A DNA stretch of 63,222 bases, filler included, from Octopus bimaculoides (taxonomy: Eukaryota): the NCBI RefSeq assembly GCF_001194135.2. It is 5 parts of 5 records of this genome, joined end to end, with 100 filler letters (N's around TTAATTAATTAA, not from the genome) between each part and the next. Parts side by side here need not be neighbours in the genome. Positions count along the whole stretch, not along the records: positions 27,951 to 36,293 come from NC_068996.1; positions 36,394 to 41,204 come from NC_068983.1; positions 41,305 to 63,222 come from NC_068981.1; 2 more parts are not named here. One strand, 5' to 3'. The notes under the pieces were generated by a model, which worked only from the letters and a program-made list of their open reading frames with translations, had not been told where the DNA came from and made no database searches. Shown piece by piece: positions 36,009 through 47,123 of the stretch (the first letter of the stretch is position 1; each line of letters begins with the position of its first letter). The position numbers and the translations under genes are program-made.

Positions 36009-36293
36009 GGCGTAGGAGTGGCTGTGTGGTAAGTAGCTTGCTTACCAACCACATGGTCCTGGGTTCAGTCCCACTGCGTGGCATCTTGGGCAAGTGTCTT
36101 CTACTATAGCCTCGGGCCGACCAAAGCCTTGTGAGTGGATTTGGTAGACGGAAACTGAAAGAAGCCCGTCGTATATATGTATATATATATATGTATGTAT
36201 GTATGTGTTTGTGTGTCTGTGTTTGTCCCCCCAACATCGCTTGACAACCGATGCTGGTGTGTTTATGTCCCCGTAACTTAGCGGTTCGGCAAA
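36009..36293 (+). mobile_element. SINE family A, young copy truncated by spacer
   Basis: GGCGTAGGAGTGGCTGTGTGGTAAG...GGGTTCAGTCCC...CTTGGGCAAG...GAAGCCCGTCG-(TA/TG)n-TCTGTGTTTGTCCCCCCAACATCGC. Confidence 0.88.
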
Positions 36294-36393
36294 NNNNNNN
36301 NNNNNNNNNNNNNNNNNNNNNNNNNNNNNNNNNNNNNTTAATTAATTAANNNNNNNNNNNNNNNNNNNNNNNNNNNNNNNNNNNNNNNNNNNN
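36294..36393. other. Artificial scaffold spacer
   Basis: N44-TTAATTAATTAA-N44. Confidence 0.95.
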
Positions 36394-36525
36394 AAAAAAA
36401 AAAGAGTTATGTAAACGGTAATTCATTTTAATAGCATAATTTTCGGTTTGAAAATGATTTTTCTTACACAAACACACGGCTTCACTTGATTCAGGTCGGG
36501 GTAAAAATTTAGATTACAAATTGAA

Positions 36526-36526
<1 letters not shown>

Positions 36527-36572
<46 letters not shown>

Positions 36573-36853
36573 TTGTTCCTTCTCGATCCATGCCTGGCTC
36601 ATTACGGCCGGTTTCCCGATTTTATTGGCGCATAGGCTCCCCACCTAGACGGGACGCCGGTCCGTCGCAGGTGAGCTGCTAGATGCGGAAGGAAAGAGTG
36701 AGAGAAAGTTGTGGCGAAAGAATCAGCAGAAGTTCACCATTACTTTCTGCCGGAGCGCGTGGAGCTTAGGTGTTTCACTCATAAACGCACACATCGTCCG
36801 GTCTGAGATTCGACCCCGCGATCCCTCCACTGCTCTAACCACTAGACCATGTG
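36527..36853 (-). mobile_element. SINE family D relative (tRNA-derived, (AAT)n tail)
   Basis: Shares GGCTCAT..G.CCGGTTTCCCG, GACGGGACG, GTGAGAGAAAGTTG.GGCGAAAGA, CGTGGAGCTTAG and CGTCCGGTCTG with 62229-62547. Confidence 0.75.
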
Positions 36854-37094
36854 GTTAGATGAAATTGTAAATAAAGCTATTGACTCGATTCGTGCGTCCT
36901 AGTACTTATGGCTGATGAAATAGAACAACGCGAAACGTTAATGTCCTAAAGTCTCTTGCGCTAATAAATGCGTTATGAACACGTATTCATCGTAAAGGAA
37001 AAGTTGTTCGCTTGTGACGAATACAACACCGATTAGCATATTCACGTTCAAATCTACCAGAGCGTATAATGAGTATATACATAAGTCAGTGTCA

Positions 37095-37095
<1 letters not shown>

Positions 37096-37144
<49 letters not shown>

Positions 37145-37345
37145 TTTTCTAATATAGGTGCAAGGCTTGAAATCTCGTGAGAGAGGATAAATCGCTACCA
37201 CCGAACTCAGTACCTAACTCGTAATTAATTTATCGACTCCGGAGAGATGAAAAACAAAGTTGACTTCGGCAGGATTCGAGCTCAAAATTTATAAACAACC
37301 AGAAAAAAACGCTACAAAGCATTTTATCCGACGCTCTGACGATTG
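37096..37345 (-). mobile_element. SINE family B (diverged) with (AAT)n tract
   Basis: AATTTATCGAC.CC..A.AGATGAAA..CAAAGTTGACTTCGGC.GGATTCGAGCTCA is the reverse complement of the family B core. Confidence 0.65.
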
Positions 37346-37910
37346 TACAAACCAGAATATTATCACAAAAGAAAAGTAGGATAATCCGGTAGACGTTGGA
37401 TTTCATCTTTTTTTTTTTTGTTTCGTTCCAGACAAAAAAATGCTAGCGGTGTTAGGAGTATTTTCGAGTGCACAACAACATGATCAATAGTAGGCGGGTA
37501 GAGATTGGTATCTTTTAACCAGATCCAATCGATTGTTCCTACCTGTCTGTGTGGATAGCCAACCGTTAGCATTTATGTATGTACCTTTTGTAAAAGACTA
37601 TTAATATATGTGTGTATGTATGTGTCTACGTGTACATGTGTATGTGTGCATATACAATCGTGATATTGTTTTCTGTATACTGACTTATATATGTCCTTAT
37701 TTTAACAAATATTCCCCAAGTTTTCCTTTATACAAGGTTCTGACCCACTACTCTCGTTTTTATAACTTTGTTTTGTTCTTCACCACGCAGTTTTGAAAAT
37801 ACCCCACCCGAGCCCACAAATTTTAACGATTCAGTAATTATATAAATGAATTTGTATGTAATTACTCATAGTGGCAAAATAAATGAAATAATTTTTGTAA
37901 TCATTGTTGC

Positions 37911-37944
<34 letters not shown>

Positions 37945-39110
37945 GATGGTGGTATACAGATATCTTTTCATTTCGTTGCGAAGCCAGTCTATAGTTATAG
38001 CATAATTGAATAACATTTTCTTTGCCGCGTTTAATAAAAAGAACTAATTAATTGCGGAAAACATACCCTTGATACAAAACAAAGAAGTTTTGTGTTTTGT
38101 AAATATTTTCCTATTTAATTTCATGCGGGACATTCTCACATTCGAACTGACCATCCAACATACAAACGGTACACGACAAAATACTCCGATAGCAATCGGA
38201 ATATAATGCTAAAACAAAATACGCAACTAAATGAACAAAAAAAAGGGAAAGAAAGAAAATATTTAAATTAACATGGAATAAAACTATTCCAAGCAGTCTA
38301 ACAGCTAGTTTTGAAAATAGCATTGGTAACAGCAACAAAGGTAGCTGCTTTTACATAGAGTCAAATTCTCTCAGTCGTTCATTTAGTAATTGTGTTAAAG
38401 CAAGACTTGCTTCAATTTTAAGACAATTAGAACAAAGGGAATTTTTCAACTTAAACAGATCCAAGTACAACAGAAGTAGTTGGAAGAATTTTGTAAGACC
38501 CAACATTGCTTCTTTGCCGTAAAATCTAATCGGTGACAGAACAAGAGAAATCATATATTCGTATTCTAAAGAATATGAATGAGGTCTGATCCTATCTATA
38601 AAAGAAGCCCGTTTCCTTTGAGGAGCTTTTCGTTTTGCTTACCCTCCCAAAAAAGCATGGGTTTGTCCAGTCTTAAATTTTGTTTTGCAAAATTGTCTGT
38701 TTCTATTTGAAAACGATAACATGGGAATTTATGAAGAAATAATAATATTAAAACTCTCAGGAATGTAATGTAGAGGGAGTGAAAGAATTTTTATATGAAC
38801 CTGAGAGCGAGAGAAGCGGATCGATGAATATGTCAAGCGACTGTCCTTCTAGGAACACTGCTGTTATAACTATGACAACGACAGGCGACGTCAGAGGAGA
38901 AAATCACTGTCGTCTGCTTCTAATTTTCAAGGGATAAAAAAATTAACAGCAACGACGGCGCAGACGACAGCAAGAACAGCAGCAACAACAACGACAACAA
39001 CAACATCAATGATGCCTACACCACCGCCACCACCACCACCACCATCAACAACAACAAAGACGATAATACCAGAACGGAAACTTCGTTTGCTGCTACAGCC
39101 AGGAACGAGT

Positions 39111-40692
39111 GGATTAAGAAGCATTCAATAGCAAGGAAGAATATGTAAAAGAATAAAGGCGTGAATGCGGTATTGCATTCTCAGGATACACGAAATTTCC
39201 AGACTGGAAAATTGTACAAAGCATCCAGGTAAAAAGTTTTTCTGGGTGGTTTGTACAAATACTTTATCAGTAGAGAAAGAAAACTATCCTAGGCCAGCCC
39301 GTGTAGAAAAATGCCCACTGGAAATGCGGTCTACAGTAGCATACGTAACAAGAGGCAAACAACTTAGGGCTGATGTTGCTGAATGATATAGCACGATGGA
39401 ATCCAATACTGTGGCTTCTACCATTTGCACAGTCCAAGAGTTTACGATTCCACTATACTTGGGGAGAAGTACGAAGAAAATAGGATCTCCAGAGTGCCAC
39501 CTCACAGCCGCGAGTCCAAGAATATGGCAATGGTGGAGGAGCACCTCCAACAGATTATAATGACTATAGTTCTGAAATTTCAGGTGTTGGAGCCACGTCA
39601 AGATATAGCAGGTATCTCGAATCACTTCTAGTCCGAAGAGTCCGAACAAATACGCGCGATAATGGAAGGGATAATGTTGAAAATGGCAAAGCAAACTACC
39701 TCAAGGATTTCTGCTCTCTGAGAGAGAAAAGAGCAGAGTACCTTAGACCATTGTTGCTACTAGCACTAAAAGCTTCTACAAGATCAACAGAAGCAGTGAT
39801 GGCAAGGGTTGTGGAAGCGTTGTGTGACAATAAATCCAGGATTCGATTTATGACGAACCCCGATGGTCACGTGTTCTCCGATTCCAAACAGAGGAGTGCA
39901 GTTTACCGGCAGCACTTTGCCAAATTGTTCTTGGTGAACTACGAACTGGAGACGGAGGATGCTTTGGTGCCTATTTCAACGGTTTATTGTCTCTGTTGAG
40001 ACGTAAAGTGTTGCGAAGAACTGATTTAAGTAGTGGGCATACTGAACTACTGTGCGATGCGCAGATCACCTTGATTTCGTGGTCTGACCAACAAGCACTA
40101 TTTCCACATGCCAGATTGGAAGCATTCCGAGTCGAGATAGCCAGGGAGAAGTGGCACTGATGAAGAAGGGTACAAGCGAGGAAGATGTGATAGAAAATTT
40201 GAGGCCAATAACTCTGCTCAAGATTTTTGTAAAGATCTCGAAGAGATTGACGATTGTGTTGCTGGGGAAGCATGAACTTGTGTCATCTCTGGCAGATTTA
40301 TCCATGACAGCCTTCACCTCGTGCATTACATTATAGAGCGAGTCGGTAATAAATATGACTTTTGTAGGGTGTTTTGGATCAGTCCAAAGAATTTGACAGA
40401 TTTGACTATCACTATCTGGTGTCTGTGTGAAGACCAGTCGGTTTCGGCCCTGTCTTCAGATTCTAGATAACTACAACGTACAACGGCATTTATTCAGTAA
40501 TCAAAATAGGCGGCCATCCCTTTGGCAGCGCTCCATCTATCAAGGATACCCCCCTCTCTCTCTCCTCTCCTATGTTTTGGCATTGGAGTCATTGCTGCAG
40601 AGAACTGAGACTTTGAAAGGGCTTCCTGCTCGAACTGAACTACAGAAGAATCATGACTGCATATGCGGAGGTCGTTATTGTTATGGTATCTT
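39111..40692 (+). mobile_element. Decayed L1/Tx1-clade LINE ORF2 (APE + reverse transcriptase)
   Basis: Across frameshifts: GLRS...VNAVLHSQDTR (endonuclease, cf. LQETH); EEDVIENLRPITLLK; RFIHDSLHLVHYIIERVGN; LDQSKEFDRFDYHYL (Tx1-type LDQ.KAFDRV); RSIYQG.PLS.LLSYVLALESLL; TAYAEVV (YADD position). Confidence 0.8.
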
Positions 40693-41204
40693 ATATTTCG
40701 GCAAGAGAAGCACGTGTGAGTGCGTGTGTGTGCACAGTGTTGTGTGTTAGTGAGTGTGTAAATGTGCGTTTATGTCTGTGAGCGCGCACGTGCATGTATG
40801 TAGTATGTGTATGCGTCATTTATGCGTATACGTGTGTATGCGTGCGAGTATACATATATGTATGAATGTGTGTGTATGTGTGTGCGTGTATATATTATAT
40901 GTATGTATATATGTATATATGAGCTTCAAGCTGTACGTATGTGCGAATGTGTATCTGTGAGTACTGTGTGCATCTGCGCGCATCTGCGTGGGCGCATGCG
41001 AGAGCGATACGTGAGCGTATATGTGTGTACATGGGCGCATGTATGTGTGTGCGATGATCCCCCATGATAAAATTTATCGTTAACAGATTCAATAGCAATT
41101 ATGACAACCGCGATAACGATGGGAAGAGGGCTTAACGAGATGTCATAAGAACACAAGAAAGGCAGCAACAACTAAAATAACAACAACAACAACAACAACA
41201 ACAA

Positions 41205-41304
41205 NNNNNNNNNNNNNNNNNNNNNNNNNNNNNNNNNNNNNNNNNNNNTTAATTAATTAANNNNNNNNNNNNNNNNNNNNNNNNNNNNNNNNNNNNNNNN
41301 NNNN
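41205..41304. other. Artificial scaffold spacer
   Basis: N44-TTAATTAATTAA-N44. Confidence 0.95.
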
Positions 41305-41396
<92 letters not shown>

Positions 41397-41673
41397 TGTA
41401 AAATCCGTGTTGTGTAACGCGGTAAATTTTGCCAGACATTTCACTTAACTTGTGATTAATATGCCGATAGAAAAAACTTAGAATTCTACTCAACATGAAT
41501 TTTTACAATGTATTTCAATCACTTCTCAGAATTGATTGCATCTTCTCAATTAATGGGTTTTTCATATTGTTAAAATTGCGTTGAAGTATTAACCTCGAAT
41601 TTGACACTTAAATACACGCACGCGCACACGCACACACATACGTGCGCGCGCATGCACACACGCGCGCGCGCAT

Positions 41674-41719
<46 letters not shown>

Positions 41720-42240
41720 ATGTATGTATATTCTCTTTCTCTTTTTAATTTAGAGTATATTTTGACCGACGGCCTCCTTGGTAGAAAAGTTGCGAAAGAA
41801 AGCATCTTGTTTCAACTGTCACCCTTTAAATCTTAACGTCTTACAGATTTTTACAGTCCCAGATATCGGGATCATTTGCAACGTATGAATTAAGGATTTG
41901 CTTTCATACCCCCAAGATACTAAGCTCAGCCATACTTTGTTCTAGACGTGTTGGTATGTATCTCGTTGCTCCAATAATAATTGCTATGAAGCTGAAAGTG
42001 CATCTTGGGTACTTGATTTGCAAACACCTCATCAATGGTTTATAGCTGTCCTCTTGTATTTTTGTTAAGCATATTCGTGTCCAGAAGGCAGCTGATTTCC
42101 ATAAAAGAACATATCTTTTCTTCGTAGCCCAACACAACGTCATCTGACTGGTTGTGTTTTAAACTGGTGGTTGCTTTCATTCTTAGATTCAACCAATATT
42201 CTTTTGACCTCTCGATCTCAACAATATTTATGTATGTATG

Positions 42241-42324
<84 letters not shown>

Positions 42325-42385
42325 AGATTATATACACAAAGAGAGATTAGAAACAAGTATTCTCTGTATAGGATACACTTCGTAG

Positions 42386-42752
42386 TGCTCAAGAGATTTG
42401 AACTTGAGCAGGTAGGGGAGTAAATGTAAAGACAAGCAAGTTAGTCAAGTCGATATACAAAAAAGAAAAAATGCTAAATACATTTTATACAAATAATGTA
42501 CATATAAAAGTCTGACTTACACAGAATGGAAATAATATCACGAATTAACTGTTGGACTCGTACAACTCCTTCTTAACCCCCTTAATTCCTGATATTATTT
42601 CCATTCTGTGTAAGTCAGACTTTCTTTATATGCATAAATATGTACATTTTTTTAATATCAAATGTATTTAACATGTTTTGGTTATCGACTTGACTAACTT
42701 GTTTGTCCTTGCATTTACTCCTCTGCCTGTTCATGTTCAAATCACTTGAGCA
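42386..42752. repeat. 367-bp foldback palindrome (MITE-like)
   Basis: The inner arms 42507-42548 and 42582-42623 pair at 41 of 42 positions. The outer arms TGCTCAAGAGATTTGAAC...CAAGTTAGTCAAGTCGATA and their reverse complement end at 42752. Confidence 0.8.
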
Positions 42753-43714
42753 GGTATATGTGTGTGTGTGTGTATGGCGGTGCCCCAGCATGGGACACAT
42801 CATTTGGGTTGAAATATATAAAAGAATATATATATATATATATATATATAGTCAATAATGGATCATATATCCGAAAAAGAAGCACACTCTAAAAGTTAAA
42901 GTTAAAACAATAATGTATTACTGGAGGTTAATTATATACCCGTTCATAGAGTGACCAGTTTGAAGAGAAGTTATATGTCCGCGGTCACTGGAGTCTGACG
43001 AGTCGTCTATAAGGCTAAGCGCTTTATGAATGCGTAATCATTGGTCACTCTATGACCTCCTGTAAATATATATAAGTATATATACATAGAGATGAATAAG
43101 AGAAAATTGATCGAACAGCATTACATCAAATCACTGCAATTGTTTCCACACATCGTAACACTCACAAACGTTAGTGAGACGATACAATTAATATATTGTG
43201 TAATCCTTATTATCCATCATGCTGTCATTTCACGCTGTACAAGAATGAATATCCAAAGCAATGTGTTATTTTCTGCAATTTGCAGATAAAATTAAACCCA
43301 TTGATATATTGACAAACAAAACACAAATATAATCAAAATTCAAAATACGAAACCAAAGAAACTTGCATAAAAAAGGCTTCCCTGTCAAGTTAACTATAAA
43401 TTACAACTCTATCTTAATCGTCAGATTATAAGGAAAGAAAAAGGGCAGAATGAAGAATAAAATTAAGCGTCTAATTGTACAATTGTAGTAATTTGAAATG
43501 TCGTTTAATCCATTTTCTCTTATTCATCTATTTATATAAGCAAAATTGATAATATGGAATTCATGATGTATATTCAGTAACAAGAGTATTCCCACTGTAT
43601 GATAACATCAGGTAGCCAATAACTGTGGAGAGCTTTGAATAGCATACTACAAGGATTTTATGCAAATTTTATTCAGCGATAAATGGACATACAAACATAC
43701 ATACATAAATACAT

Positions 43715-43895
43715 ACAGTAATTTTTGGAGCTGTACTTTTGTGATCCATTCTAACAATTCGCGTCAGAGTCCGACGGTCTCTATCTGAAAGTTTTAGTTT
43801 TCTTCCGGAGTTTTGTTTCGACGAGGAGGTTTTTCCCTCTTTCTCAAACGCTCTCATTACTTTCGAGAAAGTACTTCTTGTTACATCAAACGTAG
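43715..43895 (-). mobile_element. Tc1-family transposase N-terminal (HTH/GRK) fragment
   Basis: FDVTRSTFSKVMRAFEKEGKTSSSKQNSGRKLKLSDRDRRTLTRIVRMDHKSTAPKIT. Confidence 0.8.
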
Positions 43896-44001
43896 ATATA
43901 GAGGGAGAAGTCTAGACGTCGGGGTAGTTAAGTAGAGGTTATCCGAACGTGCGATATAACAAAGTCAATATTCAATTTTTGGGGATTAATCGATATGCGG
44001 G

Positions 44002-44090
44002 TATTCTCTTTCAGATACTACAAAAATAACCTAATTATTTACTGTCAGATATGCTCATTAGGTTATTTTTGCATTATCTGAAATAGAATA
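44002..44090. repeat. 89-bp hairpin (34-bp stem, 3 mismatches, 21-nt loop)
   Basis: TATTCTCTTTCAGATACTACAAAAATAACCTAAT pairs with ATTAGGTTATTTTTGCATTATCTGAAATAGAATA. Confidence 0.75.
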
Positions 44091-44616
44091 TATATATTTA
44101 TATTTATAAATGTATATATATTTAAATTTATATATATAATATATTTATATATTTAAATATATATATATTTAAATTTAGATATATTCATATTTATATATTT
44201 ATACATATATATATATGTATATATTTATATATATATTTATATTTATATATTTATATATATNNNNNNNNNNNNNNNNNNNNNNNNNNNNNNNNNNNNNNNN
44301 NNNNNNNNNNNNNNNNNNNNNNNNNNNNNNNNNNNNNNNNNNNNNNNNNNNNNNNNNNNNNNNNNNNNNNNNNNNNNNNNNNNNNNNNNNNNNNNNNNNN
44401 NNNNNNNNNNNNNNNNNNNNNNNNNNNNNNNNNNNNNNNNNNNNNNNNNNNNNNNNNNNNNNNNNNNNNNNNNNNNNNNNNNNNNNNNNATATATATATA
44501 CATAAACATTACAATACATATATATATACATAGGTTGGTAAGTTGGTAGCGTCAGTGCAAGAATGCAGAGAAAGAGTATAAGAAAGACAGAAGCACAGAG
44601 AGAGAGAGAGAGGGAA

Positions 44617-44649
<33 letters not shown>

Positions 44650-45227
44650 CAGACAGACAGACAGAGAGAGGCGGGCAGACAGACACACAGACAGAGAAAG
44701 TGAGAGATTAGGGAGACGGAGTAAATAAACAAGCAATAAACCTCATTTCTGAGGCCATTTCAATTTACCGATTCGTCATCTAAGAATACATACAGAAAAC
44801 GTTTTTAAAAAAATCAAACAAACAAAAAAATTTCCCCAATTAACTTATAGAAACATCCAAGCCAGTCATGTAAACAGTATTGTTTCAAGCTCTTACTACT
44901 CCCCTCTCTCTACCGCTTTTTATCTCTGCGTGTGAGTCTCTCTCTCTATCTCTCTCTTTCTCTCTCTCTTTCTCAGTCCCTCACAAATAGAAGTTGTAGG
45001 AATTTTGTGCCAACAATACGCACTTCTTAAACATTTTCAACATTCATGTATCTCCTTTTTTTTGTTTTTATTGCTGCTTTTATTTTAATCCTATCTTTAA
45101 ATCCTTAAGCAAGCTTATCGTAAACTTTCGACAAGAAAAAGAAGAAATAAGAACGCCAACAACAGTATCAGGCAGCAGCCAATTGTACAAAGTCAACAAA
45201 ATATATTATTAATATGTATCATAATCA

Positions 45228-45269
<42 letters not shown>

Positions 45270-45770
45270 AACAGACAAATACATTAGCACAAATATATTA
45301 ACTTACACATAGACTCATCCCTATACGAATAGACACACAAAGATGTACACACGCAATTTTATATATATATATATATATNNNNNNNNNNNNNNNNNNNNNN
45401 NNNNNNNNNNNNNNNNNNNNNNNNNNNNNNNNNNNNNNNNNNNNNNNNNNNNNNNNNNNNNNNNNNNNNNNNNNNNNNNNNNNNNNNNNNNNNNNNNNNN
45501 NNNNNNNNNNNNNNNNNNNNNNNNNNNNNNNNNNNNNNNNNNNNNNNNNNNNNNNNNNNNNNNNNNNNNNNNNNNNNNNNNNNNNNNNNNNNNNNNNNNN
45601 NNNNNNNNNNNNNNNNNNNNNNNNNNNNNNNNNNNNNNNNNNNNNNNNNNNNNNNNNNNNNNNNNNNNNNNNNNNNNNNNNNNNNNNNNNNNNNNNNNNN
45701 NNNNNNNNNNNNNNNNNNNNNNNNNNNNNNNNNNNNNNNNNNNNNNNNNNNNNNNNNNNNNNNNNNNNNN

Positions 45771-45885
45771 GACAAGGTCGACTTTGCTTTTCAACCTTTC
45801 GGAGTTGATAAAAACGTACCAATTGAACATTGATATAACTGACTTGAACCCTCCTCTAAAATATTTTAGGCCTTGTGCCTATAAT
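45771..45885 (+). mobile_element. SINE family B fragment
   Basis: AGGTCGACTTTGCTTTTCAACCTTTCGGAGTTGATAAAA. Confidence 0.7.
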
Positions 45886-45916
45886 GGAAAAGATTATAAC
45901 ATAAAAACAAATATTC

Positions 45917-46130
45917 TTTTCTACTCTAGGCACAAGGACCAAGGACCAAAATTTTGGGGAAGAGGGCCAGTCGAATAGATCGACCCCAGTACGCAACTGG
46001 CACTGAATTTATCGACCACGAAAGGAAAAGTCCACCTCGGCGATATTTGAACTCAGAACGTAAAGACAGACGAGATACCGCGAAGCATTTCGCCCGGCGT
46101 GCTAATGTTTTTACCAGCTCGCCGCTTTAC
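45917..46130 (-). mobile_element. SINE family B, near full length
   Basis: Reverse complement of 46909-47123 with small deletions. Confidence 0.85.
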
Positions 46131-46908
46131 TAAAACCATATATTATGTATATATGAAACTAGATTTTGTTCGCGTACATAAGAAACTCTTTTGTGATATG
46201 ATTAGTAAATAGTTTGTATGAAAAGGGGATGTTGGGAGCACGTTTGTGCGTGTGTCTGTGTGTGATTATACATACCCGCAGATGTACCTCTGTTTGATGT
46301 ACTTCATACGTGTGTATTGAACTTCTTATAGCGGATGTGTGTACTTTATTTTAAAACATATAATCCATTTAAAACTTAGGAAAAGATATAGATGTGTAAA
46401 AATGTCATATTTCTGAATATTCTGTATACAAATAGGTCAATGTGCGAGTAATTTTTAAAAGTGCGTTTGTACATTTATGATTTAGAGAAAGTTTACATCA
46501 AAAAGTTGTTTAGAAAAAAGGTTTAATAGATTGTAATCTAAGTAACAATGAATTCAAATTTGAACAAATAAACGCTGTATAGTTGCATTTTCTAAAGATA
46601 CGTAACAGGATAAGAATGTACTTTATTTTAGTGTGAGAGAAATGGAGGAAACTATTTTGATTTTTATGCAACAGAATGTAATAGCGAAAGAGCTGCATGT
46701 GGACAAACAGGAGTGGGAATTCGGAACATGTCTTATATTGGTTTCCAATTTTGACTCTAGACCAACAATTTTAGGGGAGAAGCTCAATCGATTATATGGA
46801 CGCCAGTTCGATCTCGGCGGAATTTGAACCCGGAACGTAAGCAGAGACTTGTGGAACGTATCATATTAAAGAATACATAACCATGACAACATATTCCAGC
46901 CTTGTAAG

Positions 46909-47123
46909 GCGGTGCACTGGCAGAAACGTTAGCATGCCAGGCGAAATGCTTAGCGGTATTTCGTCTCTCTTTACGTTCTGAGTTCAAATTCCGCTCAGGT
47001 CGACTTTGCCTTTCATCCTTTCGGGGTTGATAAATTAAGTACCAGTTGCGTATTGGGTCGATCTAATCGAATAGGCGCCCCCTCCCAAAAATTTCGGGCC
47101 TTGTACCTAGAATAGAAAAGAAC
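46909..47123 (+). mobile_element. SINE family B, full length
   Basis: GGCGGTGCACTGGCAGAAACGTTAGC...GAGTTCAAATTCC (B-box)...GGTCGACTTTGCCTTTCATCCTTTCGGGGTTGATAAATTAAGTACC...TAGAAAAGAA. Confidence 0.88.

Noticed and set aside
36912-36939. CTGATGA...GAAACGTT hammerhead-like core
   Set aside because: The intervening 13 nt cannot form stem II and I found no stem I; at best it is an unrecognisable relic.
41610-41716. (CA)n/(CG)n alternating tract with Z-DNA potential
   Set aside because: An ordinary variant of the abundant CA microsatellites, with no independent evidence of function.
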